A stretch of 64,000 nucleotides of DNA from Chrysemys picta bellii (GCF_011386835.1 NC_088808.1:13764001-13828000), one strand, 5' to 3'. Shown: positions 33,812 through 46,926, counted from the first letter of the stretch. Numbers and translations: made by a program. Notes: generated by a model not told the origin, from the sequence alone.

Positions 33812-35735
33812 TCCATAGGCCTGGCAGTGTGCGTGAGAGAAACTGTGCAGTAGTGTATCCTAGGAGACTCCTTCCTATATGTGGTGCGTCGTCAGAGCTC
33901 CTACAATCTCTGCTGGGAATTTGGTTTTGTGTTCCAGTAATTGGCCTTCTTGAAGACTTCCTTCTACTCTATTAGGTCAAGGACTGCCTATTTCCCCAGC
34001 TAGTCAGGTCCTGCACTCCAGGTTTTCCTAATCTCAAACAACTCCACACTGCCTGAGCAGTGCTTTGTATTTTTTTTAATGACTAAGTTTGGGAAGATGG
34101 AAATTGTTTAGCTACATATCTCTTGAAGTCTTATGAAATGAACTTTTGTGATCATAGCATTATGGAAGCATGTGCTCGTGCACAGGAACTTCTGCATTAG
34201 GGGAAGGGACAGGCTGGGACCAGTGGGATTTCGGTGAGTATAGAGAGAAGAACATCTCCATGTAAATACAACATGTCACTTTGATGTCCTGCATCCGGCT
34301 GGTTTGAGTAGCTGCTGGATTTTGTTCCTTTCTGTCTGCATCTTACCATCTCTTTTGGGTGCACAAAAAAAGTCCAGTTTCCTCCTGGTGGGTGGCAGAT
34401 GTGGATTCAAAACAGCAGTGTCTCTTCCATGGGAAAGAGACTTTAAAAAGCTGGGATGGGAGAAGGCTATTGCCGCTGGCTGCTTTGTGCAGTGAGATTA
34501 TTTGCTCTCCAGTAGAGTCTGCCCCAGGATTGCCTTATCAAGGAGTTGTCTCCTTGGTGCTGAGTTTACTTGGAAGTTGGAACTAGATATGTGGTTTTAA
34601 TCAGTGTAGTTCAAAGAAGCCTTATATTACTCACAGCCTTAGAGCAAGGTCCCTGCTGCTGCTGAGACTGCTCGTCTTGAGCTGTGTTCAATGCCGCTTC
34701 TATGGATCGTGCTTCACCCTAATTCAAAGGCAGGATATCTAACTTCAAGCAGGCTCATGAAGTACAAGGGAAAGGCCTCCAGTCCTGTGCTGCAAACATA
34801 GGTGTCTTCAGAGGAGACTTATTAACAGGGATAATAATGGTTTTGCTCTTAAACTGTTTTTGCATAATATTACCCAGAACACTCCAAGCCTTCTATCTAA
34901 ACCTGGATAAGCTCTAGTCACGTAATCTTCGCGTTGTCCTGTGGTACTCTTTGCTGGGAAGTGACTCAGACTCACAGATCAGATTAACATCAAGCTAATC
35001 TCTGGATGTGATCTACTGGAGCAATTCAGTGGGAATACCTGGTCCCTTGCGAGAGTCCCCTTCCCTATGGGCAGTTCCTAAAGGAGGGAGAGCCATGTGC
35101 TGTGGGGACAGTAATACAGAGGGGGATATTTATTAATGTACTCCATTCAGATACAAAGGATCCGGCCAGGTCTGCATAAATTGAGATTAGTATAGGGTAA
35201 CCTGTAGCCTGCAAGTAGTGCTGGAATGATCGGAACTCCTGACCCACAGTTCGAGTCAGGGTGATGGCTATGGAAGAAACTTGAGTAGCTGAATATTCCA
35301 GCTGTTGCAAGAGCTCCCAAGCAAACGCTAACCGGAGGTGCTTTACTCTCCCCGTTAGTGAAGTGCTAGATTGTCTCTGCATAGCTGTCAATGTGGGGAC
35401 TGTTCTGTATTTATTTAAGTGTTTTGCATTATGTCTCTTTTATTAGAGGTCAATTTTTGTGCTTTCTCAGAGGTCTGCTCACCCTGCTGATGAGACCTGG
35501 TAGCAGACTAGCCATAATTGTACCATAACTGGGGGGGTTGTCAGCCTTCAGATGTCCGGTTCATGCTGTGTTCCAACTCCTAAAGACTGGTCAAAGTTCT
35601 GTGTAGCTTAGTGAATTTCTAGAGGGAGAGTTTATCTTTATGTTGGTATTGGGGCTGTTAGCCGCTCTGATAGTGCCTGACATTTTTACTCTCGTACGCC
35701 TGTGCTGCTTCGGAGTAGCAGTTTCTGTGAACCAG

Positions 35736-35741
35736 AATAAA
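35736..35741 (+). terminator. Candidate proximal poly(A) signal of TBC1D13
   Basis: AATAAA hexamer downstream of the stop; usage unverified. Confidence 0.3.
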
Positions 35742-38700
35742 TGTGCCAGTAAAAAGGATGCAGCAGTGTCTTTCTGCTTGGAGGTGGAATTTTAAACAAA
35801 GTGGTTGGTGGCCCTTTTACTGAAATCCTTCCTATGGGATAGACTCTTTCCCATAAGAAACGGGGCGGTTGAGAGAATACCATGGCTCTCACAGTTTACG
35901 AGCAACGATGGCTGCTCCCCATGCCTTTTAATCACTGTGTCTCTGTTGGGCAGCGGCTGGTCCAAGAGACCATGTGATCCATCTACGGAGCTCCCCTGTG
36001 CTAGAGAGGCCAGTACTAACTAGCCTTTTGTAATTGTAAAGACTATTGCTGCACACAGGCATCGAACGGGATGATCAGCTCTGGAATCATTGAGGCTTGC
36101 CTGAATAAGGACTGTAGGATTGAACCCCAAAAGTGGAAAACTTATCCAAAATGCTCTGGCCTCAGAACTGCACAAGATGTCCTCCATTAAAAGTGTTCCC
36201 CCCGCCCCAATCATTTATTTATCTGAAGCTTACACATGGTCTTTTGTAATGTTTCATGGTACCTGGGCTGTGTGGATCACACTTGCCTTAAAAGGAATCC
36301 ACCCCATCCCCATCCCTCCCTCCCCCCAGGCATGTCAATATGGTGATAGTCATGGAGTGTAACTTGTTTCTTTTAATACTAGATGAATAATGGTGGTAGT
36401 CAGAAGAGAAAAATCTTTAATACACTCTGAAATGCTATGTAGGTTTCTTTACAATACATTCATTTGCGATATCATAAATTAGGTCTAAAAGTTAAACTTG
36501 TGGGAAGATTGTTTTTCAATGCACGTGTTAAATAGAAACCTTTTACAACTGTAGGGGAAGTGAGAATTTATTAAGTTTCCTCTTTGGATTTAAATATTCT
36601 CCTGCTGTGTCTGCAACTCAAATGTTGCAGCACTTTGTTGGTGTATGAGAACTTGAAAGGGACTTTGACTATCCTCTCTGCTTATTCATTCTGAAGGAAG
36701 TGAAGAAAGCAGATGAGTGGTGAAGAGTTGATCTGTTAAAAATTTCAGATGGTTGTCAAGGAAATGTCTTTTAAACCTGACCACGTCCTTTTTAAAGAAG
36801 GGAACTAAAAAAAATCAAATGGTAACCTGGTTTAGGGCCAAAGCCAACTTCTGCTGAAATCAATCGAGTCTTCCTGTTGGGAGCTGGATCAGATGTTTAA
36901 GGAACAGCACCACAGACATGAGTGAAGAGGCCTGGAACTGATTCAGTTGTGTAGCCTTCTGCGTTGCTGTATGAGATACTTGATTTTGGGTCTTGCTGCT
37001 GTCTTCAATCTCCCAGCTGGCTGGGATGCACTGCTTAGGACCGTGTTGTAGAGTCACCACACAAATCCTGTCCATCCTTCTTAAGGAGTGACGAGTGGTG
37101 CTAAATGGAAATCTCTGGATTGGGGTGGTGGCTGTAACTGAGGATGAGAATGGAGAGCCTCACCTTTCAGTAAAGGGTTACAAATGGCACCCCAGCAGAA
37201 AACAAATGGCAGAGATGCACCTTAGATGTCTCCCTCAGAAGAAGCTTGTGGCTGTCAGCCCAGACTCCTTAGTTTTTGCTGCTCGTTTTGATTAAACTCC
37301 ATTTTTGGGGGTCTCCTCCTGTTTGAACATCATAGGGCTAGAAGGTTTTATTTATGATGGCTTAGTGAGTTGGAGCTGAACGTCTGTAAATGAAGGAGAG
37401 GTTCTCTAGTTGACAGTGAAACAAAATGTGTGACCGCATAGAAGATGTGGGGAGGAGAATGAGGGGAGCTCCCATTGTAGTTCCCAAAGTCAAGACTAGA
37501 GAATGTGTAACACATTCTGATACAATTTGTGAGGCTGTTTGTTTCCTACTTGAAAAGGCCTCTCTTCATTAGTAACCTAGATCCCTTATTATTCTTTAAA
37601 ACTGTGGGCGGTGAAGGGTTTGCTGTGTTGATATTTGAAGGGAGGGAGGCTGTTTAAAGGACTCATTAATTTTTTCCAGTGATACTCTGAGGTTATAAAA
37701 ACAGCTGACTCATTGTAGTATGGGGCTTATTGTCCGCTTTATGGAGCCAACAAACACTATTAGTTGGGAGGAAAAAATTTAACTGGGAACCTATGGCAGC
37801 CCTTCTGATTAGTTACCCTAACCCTCATTCCTCAAATCATTTTAAAGCTGGACAGTATTAACTAGCCCATTGTCTGGTATCTTTGTGCATATAGTGGCTG
37901 CCACAGACCTATGGGATAGGAGAAATCTGAGGTGGGATTCATGTCTCCATAGCTTTTTCTGTGACAGGAGCAGCTGTAAGAATTTTAATGCATAATTGCT
38001 CTTTCTTGAAGTGCTGGGGTGTGTGTGTGTGTGGGGGGGAGCCAAATACACAGGTGGAGATTTAAATACCTTAATCACTGAATTCATTAGTTGCTCACTG
38101 TATACAAATAACTCATCAAGAGCAGGATCATTACCACTTTGGTTGAAGCTTTTCTCCATCAGGAGGAAAGGCAGGAAACTAAGCTGGATGGTTCAAGAGA
38201 TGGGGATTGGTCATAAGGGAGAAGGCCAGCACCCTGTGCCCTCATACCCTCTCCCTGGAATCTTGTAGCCTTGGTAACTGGGAGGAAATGGGATAGCAGA
38301 GTATAATCCTGAGGTTGGTCATCTTTGTCAGGGAAAGGTGGAACTGTTTTTTTTCAAAGCAAGTGTTGTTGGCTAGATTAACTTGTCGCTGGAGTTTTGA
38401 GGTCCAAGCTTGAATTATTTACAGCTCAGCAATGGGTGGAGTGAAAGTCAGAAGCTGCTATAGGTAGCACAGTGGTATTCAGGAGTACAAGGGCTGTTGC
38501 TCCTTTGAACTGAGTATTTGGTGACTTTTTGTATGTTTTAGCCATTTAGAACTTTTTTCTAAAATGCCCTTTTGCAAAAGGGCAAATCTGGTGATTTATA
38601 CAAGTTCCTTTTTTTTTCCTTTTGGCTGTTTAAAAAACAACACACACCTCTCCAAAAAGGTATGGAGAACACATCTGTATGTCATGCTTTATCCAGTGTT

Positions 38701-39628
38701 TAAAGTGCTTTTTTTAAACACTATTGATTTTGATGAAGTTCCCTTCAGCTAAACAGAGGGTTTTGTAATGATGTTATCTGCTATCCATAACAATATGAGA
38801 CTCCCCCTAGCCACAGACTGCTCAGAGTTAAAGCTGCTACATGTGATATATTACAGTATTTCTAAATGCCCTCTTCTATAGTAACTGTGAGGGACGAAAC
38901 AACATGTGCTAGTTGGATGTCAGTAGAACTAATCTCAGTCCACTGTATTCTGGGAGTCTGTCAGTAGCACAGGGTTCTGCATGTATAAGCTAAATCTACC
39001 CACCACCACTGCCTTATTCTTTTTCTTAGCAAGTTTATCCTATTTGGCTTGTTACTCTGAGCCTTCCTCTATCTATTTCTGCAGTACGATGGTATCTAGT
39101 GGGATAGGGAGTGGTGATGGTGTGTTAAAGGAGGTGGTCCAAACTTGAATTCACAAGGCCCAGAGTGTATCCTCTGATTTATCTACAGGGAACATGCTTA
39201 GCAGGGAACAAGCATTTGTAGAGAAAGCTGTTGCTTGGCAATATTTCGGAGGCTGCACAAATGTTCCTAACAGGAAGGCCTGCTTGGACCATATTAGCTG
39301 CTGAGGGTCACTGACTTTGCAGTACAGATCTAAGCATCACTGTACAAGCGAAAGCTGTTTTTCTGTTTCCCCACCCCGAACCCCCAGGACAGTTGCCACA
39401 AATCCAGTGGAAGGAACATGCTGGTACCTCTAACTGAAGAAGGGAACAAAAGATCCCTGATATACAATGCCATATTGAAGGCTAGGAGGTGGATCCTTTA
39501 CAACACAAAACTGGTCCCGCTGTTTATTACCTTTGCTTTTTATTTCTATAACTTCTCCCATGAACTACAATTATCCATCTGTAATGTCTGTAATTTTTTT
39601 CATAAATGCTGTTCTGTTGATTTGTCAT

Positions 39629-39634
39629 AATAAA
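39629..39634 (+). terminator. Candidate distal poly(A) signal of TBC1D13
   Basis: AATAAA in a U-rich context with a U-rich downstream tract; usage unverified. Confidence 0.4.
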
Positions 39635-40160
39635 TATTTTTCTTTGCAAATACTGATAAGATCTTTTTCTTTCCCACAGTCTCCTTTGACAGTGGGGGTA
39701 CAAAGAATTGTCTAATGTTTGTGGGGGGGGTGTGTGTCAAGCTATTCATGATGTGAAAGTGGGCTAAAGAAACTGTTGTAGTCTGTTTATGCTTTAGGAT
39801 CTGAGACGGACAGGAGATGGACTCTAACAGATCTCATCCAGCTCTAGCTACAGGTAATGCATCTTAGGTTCCTTGTGAGAAGTGAAGTTTTCTATACTTG
39901 CAGAGCAGAACTTGAGAAACATGCCCAAGTGTATTCCGAATGGGAATACAGGAGAAGGCTAATCTAAGGAATCCACCATTTATTTTATATCTCTATTTGA
40001 ACAAGTGTGGTTGTTAGTACTAGTTGTATAGCTACCTCACTACTGCCTCTAGGTATGGACTTGGTCTTCTGAACCACTGTACTACATACTGATTTTTTTT
40101 TTTCCCCACAAGCCACTACAAATGGGTAAAGGGAGGCACAGCTGTGAAATGACTTATAGG

Positions 40161-40556
40161 TAAGGCTACAACTTAGTCATGGATTCCGTGACTTTACCGG
40201 GCCCCAGTGACTTCTTCAGCTGTCAGTGGCTGAAGCCAGGGCTGGAGGTGCCCCCCTCGCAGCTTCCCCCCCCCCATCCTCCCCCTGCAGCTGGGGCTGT
40301 GTGCTTGGAGCTGGAATTCTGTGCCCCTGCCCTGCAGCTGTGGCCAACTCTGGAGTGTGGGACTACATGCCCCAACTGGGGTTGCTGGAGCCAGGGGAGC
40401 CTCAGCCTGTCAGTCCCGTCACCCTCCCCAGCCCCCCGTTATTTTTAGTAAAGTCACAGACCGTGCAGGTCATGGGCTCCCCCTGAATTTTTGTTTATTG
40501 CCCGTGACCTGCGCGTGACTTTTACTAGCAATACCTGTGACAGCATCTTAGCCATA
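40161..40556. mobile_element. hAT-like non-autonomous element abutting the ENDOG CpG island
   Basis: Imperfect TIRs taaggctacaacttagtca / tgacagcatcttagccata; repeated gtgac/gtcac subterminal motifs; no clear TSD. Confidence 0.6.
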
Positions 40557-40569
40557 CTCAGGCCTAGTC

Positions 40570-41600
40570 CCAGGCTCCAGTAGGGCCGGCCCGCATTGAG
40601 CATCCAGCCCTGGGCGCGGCTTGCTCCTTATTAGCCCAGCAGGTGCCCGCGCGAGGGCAGGGAGCGCGGAAGCTTCCCGCCCCAGGGCTCAGCGCGTTCA
40701 CTCTTAAGGGGGCGATGCTTTCGCTGGCCCCACCGGGGCCTTAGCGGGCAGGGGCCTTGCCCGGGGCCCAGCCGCGCGGGGGCCCTGCTGGGTACCGAGT
40801 CTAGCACCCGGCTGTGCGGGCAGCTGCTCCCCTCAAGCCGGCGGCTGCGGCTCTGGCGGCGGCCCCTTTAAGGGCCCGGCCGAGGGAAGGTCACCGCACG
40901 GCAGGCAGCGGCGGCGGGGCGCAGCCATGCAGCGTCTCCGGGGCAGCCGGTGGCTGGTGGCCGGGGCCTCCTTGGCCGTGGGGGTGGGGCTGGGCGCGGC
41001 GCTGGGGGGCGGGAGGCGGCAGGGCGGCGGCCCGCCCGCGGCGGGTTTGCTGGGCCGGCTGCCCGTGGTGCCGGTGGTGGCGGCCGCCGACCTCTCCCCG
41101 CCGGGGCCCGGGGGCGCGGCCCGCGGCGAGCTGGCCAAGTACGGGCTGCCGGGGCTGCCGCAGCTGCGGAGCCGCGAGTCCTACGTGCTGTGCTACGACC
41201 CGCGGAGCCGCAGCGCCCTCTGGGTGCTGGAGCAGCTGCGCGGGGCGGCGCTGAGCGGCCCCTCCGACCGCGCCGCCTGCGACTTCCAGGAGGACGAGTC
41301 GGTGCACGAGTATCACCGGGCCACCAACGCCGACTACCGGGGCAGCGGCTTCGACCGGGGCCACCTGGCGGCCGCCGCCAACCACCGGTGGAGCCAGAAG
41401 GCCATGCAGGACACCTTCTACCTCAGCAACGTGGCGCCCCAGGTGAGGAGCCGCCGCCCCGGCGGACTGACCCCGACCCCCCGGGTCCCATAGCACGTGA
41501 GGGGGCCCCCGCGCTCACCGGGGGGCTGGCACCAGCTGGGTAGCGCTCCCCCTCCCCCAGCGTCGGGGACCCGGGTGTGCCCCCCCCTGAGTTCACAACC
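40570..41600. promoter_or_regulatory. CpG island / ENDOG promoter and exon 1
   Basis: Very high GC and CpG density spanning the ENDOG start. Confidence 0.85.
40927..41442 (+). CDS. ENDOG: ENDOG exon 1 (MQRLRG...FDRGHLAAAANH...NVAPQ)
   Basis: gccATGc start; CAG|gtgagg donor. Confidence 0.95.
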
Positions 41601-42690
41601 CCCCCAAGCCAGGAGTGGGTTAGGAAGGAATCCTGAGGTCTTCTAAAAACACTCAGTGCTGGGTTGTTTTTATTTGCCTTCATGTTTTGGGGCTTTAGGG
41701 GGTCGCTTTTCAAGCCTTTTTCTGCAACCATGATGGCTAGAAACTTTTTTTTTTAAGGGAAGCTGAGGTTCTTATGTACTCAGATGACTCCAAGAGCTGG
41801 GGCTTTAAGGAAAAACAGGGGGAAATCTGAGAGTTGGCAACACTATCAGGTTCCTCCCCTTAGGTGCGGGAGAGGGACACCATCAGACTGAGTTGCCCTG
41901 CACCTCTCCAGGGAAGGGGGGACTGCTCCATACTGTGTGAGCAGAAATCCCTCTCCCACTAACACACACTCTCAACATGGGTGACAAACTCTGTGTGTTA
42001 CTCATGTCCCTGAAGCCTAATTTCATCCAGCAAACTCTCACACAATGCAGTTCATTCTGGATGTAGCTGTACTTTTCACAAGGGTTAAAGGCTTTCCCAC
42101 TTTCTATTGCTTGAGTGACCTGCTCAAACATTCTCCCTCTCCTGAGAATTACTTTTGCTCCTAAATCAAGGAGTGTATGTCAGCATCTTGCACTTAAATC
42201 CTAAAGTACAATCTTCTGGCAGGCCCTTTTGGAATAAGCTCTCCTAGATCAACTTTCCCTGAACTGATGGTAGAGAATCAAAATCAAAGAATTTGACCGA
42301 TGCTAATGTTCCTGCCAGTAGTGTGACTTCTTATTCTGGACTATGAGGTGTTTGTTTTCCTTAGTCAAGAATTTGAAGTATTGATTATGGGGCCCTAGTC
42401 AGCTATCTTGGGATGGTGGCCCCCATGTGCCCACCTAAGACCCAGGATCTTCTCATCCTTCCTGTTACACTATTTGTGGTTAGGTAAGCAAACAAGGACA
42501 TAACTTGCTCCAACTTGTCATCCATTGCCTGGAACATTTGCTTAGTATCAGGTCCCTCATCTATTGATGGTTTCTTCTGACTTTCCAAGTTCTACCACCT
42601 GTATTCCTACCTTTCTTTCCCCCTACTGGCTGATGTTTTATTGTCCCCACTTTCTTTGAGAGTGATTTCTTGTTGGAGGTTAACTTTCTA

Positions 42691-42926
42691 CCCTGTTTCC
42701 CCGAAAATAAGACAGTGTCTTATATTAATTTTTGCTCCCAAAGATGCGCTAGGTCTTATTTTCAGGGGATGTCTTATTTTTCAGAAATGAAAAATGCCTT
42801 ATTATCGGTGGATGCCTTATTATTGGGGAGGTCTTATTATCGGGGGGATGCCTTATATTACAACGAGAGGCAAAACTGTAAGTAGGCCTTATTTTCGGAG
42901 GATGTCTTATTTTCGGGGAAACAGGG
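42691..42926. mobile_element. Tc1/mariner-superfamily (Tc2-like) MITE in ENDOG intron 1
   Basis: Perfect 24-bp TIR ccctgtttccccgaaaataagaca; TA duplication at 42689-42690 and 42927-42928. Confidence 0.9.
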
Positions 42927-43718
42927 TACCTCCCAACCCTAGCACAGCTTTTTCAGCCTCCAGGGCATAAATGCTGCCTTGCTGGGCCATTCTTCTACGC
43001 ACTACTAGTGCCTTCTGGACTAGAGTGAACATTTAGCTCATGGGGGTTTTATGTGAATCTAAATCAGCTCTGTTCTTTCTCTGACATAGGTTGGTATCTT
43101 TTCCAGATATAGCTGCTTCATATGAGGGTACTGGTCTGGATTTACAACACCACTAGCACTGAAGCAAACCCACCTCATTTCTCCATAGAAAGACCTGTTG
43201 GTGTCATCCTTACACCCTGCCCTTTGGTTTACAAGCTTTTTTTTTGTATCTATGCATAGTAGTTGATTAGCCCAAGGCATGGTTTTTCAAAGTTCTGGCT
43301 GCTGTCTAGGGATGGGGTTTGTGGTTAATGTCCTCTTTTAAAAAAACAACAACTAATTTTATCATTTTCTGAAACACCTTCAAAATTTGCTAGAGAAGTT
43401 TTGACCATAGTAATATGCTCATGAATTTTGAGCTCCCTGCGTATAGGAATCAAATCGATCAATATTTAGCTTCCTCAAACAATTATTTTCCTTCTGGGCC
43501 TTCAGGTATGGTGTGCCCTTCCCTGGGAAGGGTTCTCTCTATCTGAGGACTCCAGGAGCTGCAGGGGTCTTTTTAACCTCCACTTAAGAGTACTCCTGAC
43601 AACTCATGGTTCTTGTCCTCAACCCTTCTACATTCTGCAATTTTCCTATCCACCCTATTGTTTGTCCCTCTGAAGGCCTCAGCCACTTGATCTATTTCTA
43701 CCCATAAACTGTCTACAT

Positions 43719-44016
43719 CAGGGGTCGGCAACCTTTCAGAAGTGGTGTGCCGAGTCTTCATTTATTCACTCTAATTTAAGGTTTCACGTGCTAGTAATAT
43801 ATTTTAATGTTTTCAGAAGGTCTCTTTCTATAAGTCTATAATATATAACTAAACTATTGTTGTATGTAAAATAAATAAGGTTTTTAAAATGTTTAAGAAG
43901 CTTCATTTAAAATTAAATTAAAATGCAGAGCCGCCAGGACCCAGGCAGTGTGAGTGCCACTGAAATTCAGCTCACATGCCGCCTTTGGCACGCGGGCCAT
44001 AGGTTGCCTACCCCTG
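43719..44016. mobile_element. hAT (Charlie-like) MITE in ENDOG intron 1
   Basis: TIRs caggggtcggcaacct / aggttgcctacccctg; perfect 8-bp TSD GTCTACAT (43711-43718, 44017-44024). Confidence 0.92.
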
Positions 44017-44599
44017 GTCTACATCTTGCTCTAACTTCTATTTTTCCCCTCATAGTTTAATCTCTTTCCTTTGACCAGTTCTCTGTCAATATTCTGTTGA
44101 AGAGAATGGAACCACAAGCATTATAGGAGACTGGATCTTCCTGCAGTATAGTACCTGCTGCCACATCTTTAGTGATCTGGCTAAGGGTTTCTTGTAACTG
44201 ATCGAAATCTTGTCTTCCCCATTTTGACTGGTCAAACCTCTCTATCTTTCTAGTTAAATAGTTTACAGTGAAGGAAGTTACCTCAAATTAATTGGCTAAT
44301 ACTTGTTTAGGGACTGGAATTAACTAACCATCTCACAATCCAAATTTAACTCTATGTTGGTACCTAGATGGCCACCATCAACAGTTACTAATGGTAAATT
44401 TACCCACCTAGACATGCCAGCAGAACTATACTGGTACAGCAGTCATATTGCTAGTTGTCCCCAGGGGGAGTTATACCAGTACATTTATTCTGGAATAGGA
44501 GCGTCCACATGGGAAGTTGTACTGGTATAGTTCTGTGTAGAGAAGCCCTGAGTGCTTCAGAATCTTTAATGTATTTGTTGTCTTAACATTCCTGAGATT

Positions 44600-44745
44600 G
44601 GGAATAATATGCTTCCCTTTTTACAGATGGGGAACTGAGGCACATAGAGACTACTGACGTGCACAAAGTTACACAGGAAGTCTGTGTCAGAGTGGGGAAT
44701 GGTTCTCCTGAGCCCCCCGGCCAGTACCAGGACTGAGAACTGCTG
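44600..44745 (-). mobile_element. MIR/CORE-SINE-like fragment
   Basis: ttttacagatggggaactgaggcacatagagac motif. Confidence 0.6.
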
Positions 44746-45129
44746 GATAAACTTGCCTCTGTAAATAGAGAGGATCATCTAAATTAACTCAAGGGCCACA
44801 TGTATTTCCTACCAAACTAAGGCCCTGATCCTGCCAACACTCCCATGTGTGCATAGCTTTACTCATGAGTAATCACATTGAAATAAATAAGATAAATAGG
44901 TGTTCCCAGCAGCCTGAAACTTTGTCTCTGGCCAAAGATTAAACCAAAGTGACTTCAGATATACAAAGCATTTCTGTGAGATAACTCAGGTTTATGCTTC
45001 CCAAACAGTCATGCTGAAGATGATTAAAACTTTTATCTGATGTTTTTTAAACTACCCTATAAACAGTGTGGCTTAGTAAATAGAGCCCAAGGCCAGTTGG
45101 GACCACTACGATTGAGTCTGACCTCCTCT

Positions 45130-45300
45130 ACAGATGCAAGCCAGTCTGAATTTTTCTACCTTCAACTTCCAGCCATTGCATCTTGTTATACCTTTTGTCT
45201 GGTAGATTGAAGAGCTCATTCCCAATATTTGTTCCCCCTGTAGGTAATTATAGACTGTGATCAAGTCATCCCTGCACCTTCTCTTTAAGCTAAATAGATT
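45130..45300 (-). mobile_element. Old CR1 fragment
   Basis: ccagccattgcatcttgttatacc ... tatagactgtgatcaagtcatccc resembles reverse-strand CR1 ORF2 C-terminus. Confidence 0.5.
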
Positions 45301-45329
45301 CTCAGCTCCTCACCCTGCTCTCAGCACTC

Positions 45330-45470
45330 TGGATCCTATTCCTGGTTCTGCCACTGGCCTAATGGCTGACTGTGGCAAGTTACTTCACTGATCCCTGCCT
45401 CAGTTTCCCTGTCTGTAAAATGGGGGTGATTATAGTGAACACCTTTATAAAGTGCTGTGAGATCTACTGA
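45330..45470 (+). mobile_element. MIR/CORE-SINE-like fragment
   Basis: ggcaagttacttcac...cctcagtttccctgtctgtaaaatgggg motif. Confidence 0.6.
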
Positions 45471-45625
45471 TATCTCTCTCTTCTATAGCACTTATTATTT
45501 TTATTATTAACTCAAGCTGGAAAAAGTTTAGGACATATAGGGGTGCATGGGAAGAGAGAACAGAGCTCAAACTGATTTACATTCTTGACCTTTTCCTGGC
45601 TGTATTGTGTTTGTTTTGTTTCTAG

Positions 45626-45735
45626 GTTCCTCATTTGAACCAGAAAGCCTGGAATAACCTGGAGAAATACTGCAGGAGTTTAACAAAGTACAACAAGAAT
45701 GTATATGTCTGCACTGGCCCACTCTTCTTACCCAG
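45626..45735 (+). CDS. ENDOG: ENDOG exon 2 (VPHLNQKAWNNLEKY...PLFLP)
   Basis: tttctag|GTT; AG|gtaaat; 110 nt. Confidence 0.96.
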
Positions 45736-46640
45736 GTAAATACCAGAACTGGATTGAAACGGATCTTAAAACACGCATCATACAAGGAAATTAAGATGGG
45801 CTAAGAATGTGACTTGTCTTGTCATGCTCTCAGGATAAAGGTCAGAAATAGCAATAGAGTGGATACTTTTTTAAACACTCCCACAGTTTCCATGTATGCA
45901 TGTAGGGATTTTGTGGGCTAGTTTGTTATGCTTGGGATTAGTTTATACATTTTTCAATTGAATAAACCCCTGAAGGGACACTATCAGATTACCTGGGTAG
46001 AATTAAAAGGGAAATAATTTGTGTTCCTTCAGTGCTTTCTTTCTGCACTTAGTTTGGGAGAATGACAGTCGCTTAGTCATCTTACGCTATATTTCAGTCA
46101 CTTTTACAGTCTGGTTATCTTGTCAGATCTGGTACTAATAGTGCCACAAGTGCATTAGCCACAGGCTGCAATAAAGGGCTAATCTAGCCTCTTGCATAGT
46201 CAGATTTTCCAAATAAAGGTATAATCTTTGGCTGCAATGAACCATGTTTAGTGGCAATCACTTGAACAGACTCAGTTAAACAAGGACCAAATTAGATATG
46301 GTGATGGGGAGTGGAACATGTTCTGCAGCATATTCATTCCTGTTTCACTGTGTAAAGGGTCTCCCAGATTAGGTGGGGGTCTAGACCCTGCTACAGCATT
46401 TGACAACTTTAAATCAAGAACTGATGTCTTTCTAAAAGACAAGTTTTATACAGGAAACACTGGGTGAAATTCTAGTCCTGCATTATGCAAAAGGTCAGAC
46501 TCAATGATCATAAGAGCTCCTTCTGATCTTAGTTATGTATATATTAATCTAAAGCAATGGAAGACACAATCTGTGCCCTGAGGGATTTGTGCACGAGTAC
46601 TAAGTAAGAGGCAGCAGTAACAGTCTTGTTCTTTGTGTAG

Positions 46641-46926
46641 GATGGAGGCAGATGGGAAGATGTACATCAAGTACCAGGTGATTGGCAAGAACAATGTAGC
46701 GGTCCCCACGCATTTCTTCAAAGTGCTCATCCTAGAGAAGCTCAATGGAGAGATTGAGCTGCGTTCCTATGTGATGCCCAACAGCCCGGTGGAGGAGACA
46801 ATCCCACTTGAACGTTTCCTGGTTCCTATTGAGAGCATCGAGCGGGCATCGGGGCTGCTGTTTGTTCCTAACATCTTGAAAAGAACAAATCGTTTACAAG
46901 CCATCACTGCTGGACGCAACAGCTGA
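46641..46926 (+). CDS. ENDOG: ENDOG exon 3 (MEADGKMYIKYQVIG...AGRNS*)
   Basis: ttgtgtag|G; TGA at 46924-46926. Confidence 0.96.

Larger units (their letters stand above)
40927..46926 (+). other. ENDOG: ENDOG gene (mitochondrial endonuclease G), complete CDS, 3 exons, 303 aa
   Basis: 516+110+286=912 nt; DRGH catalytic motif at 41353-41364; NQKAWNNLE Mg-binding helix; Arg/Gly/Ala-rich presequence-like N-terminus. Confidence 0.97.

Noticed and set aside
37813-37826. taccctaaccct telomere-like motif
   Set aside because: Fewer than two full units; expected by chance
40833-41543. Long overlapping ORFs (201 aa on -, 197 aa on +, 146 aa on +) across ENDOG exon 1
   Set aside because: Shadow frames of a very GC-rich coding exon, where stop codons are scarce; Ala/Gly/Pro/Arg low-complexity translations with no recognisable motifs
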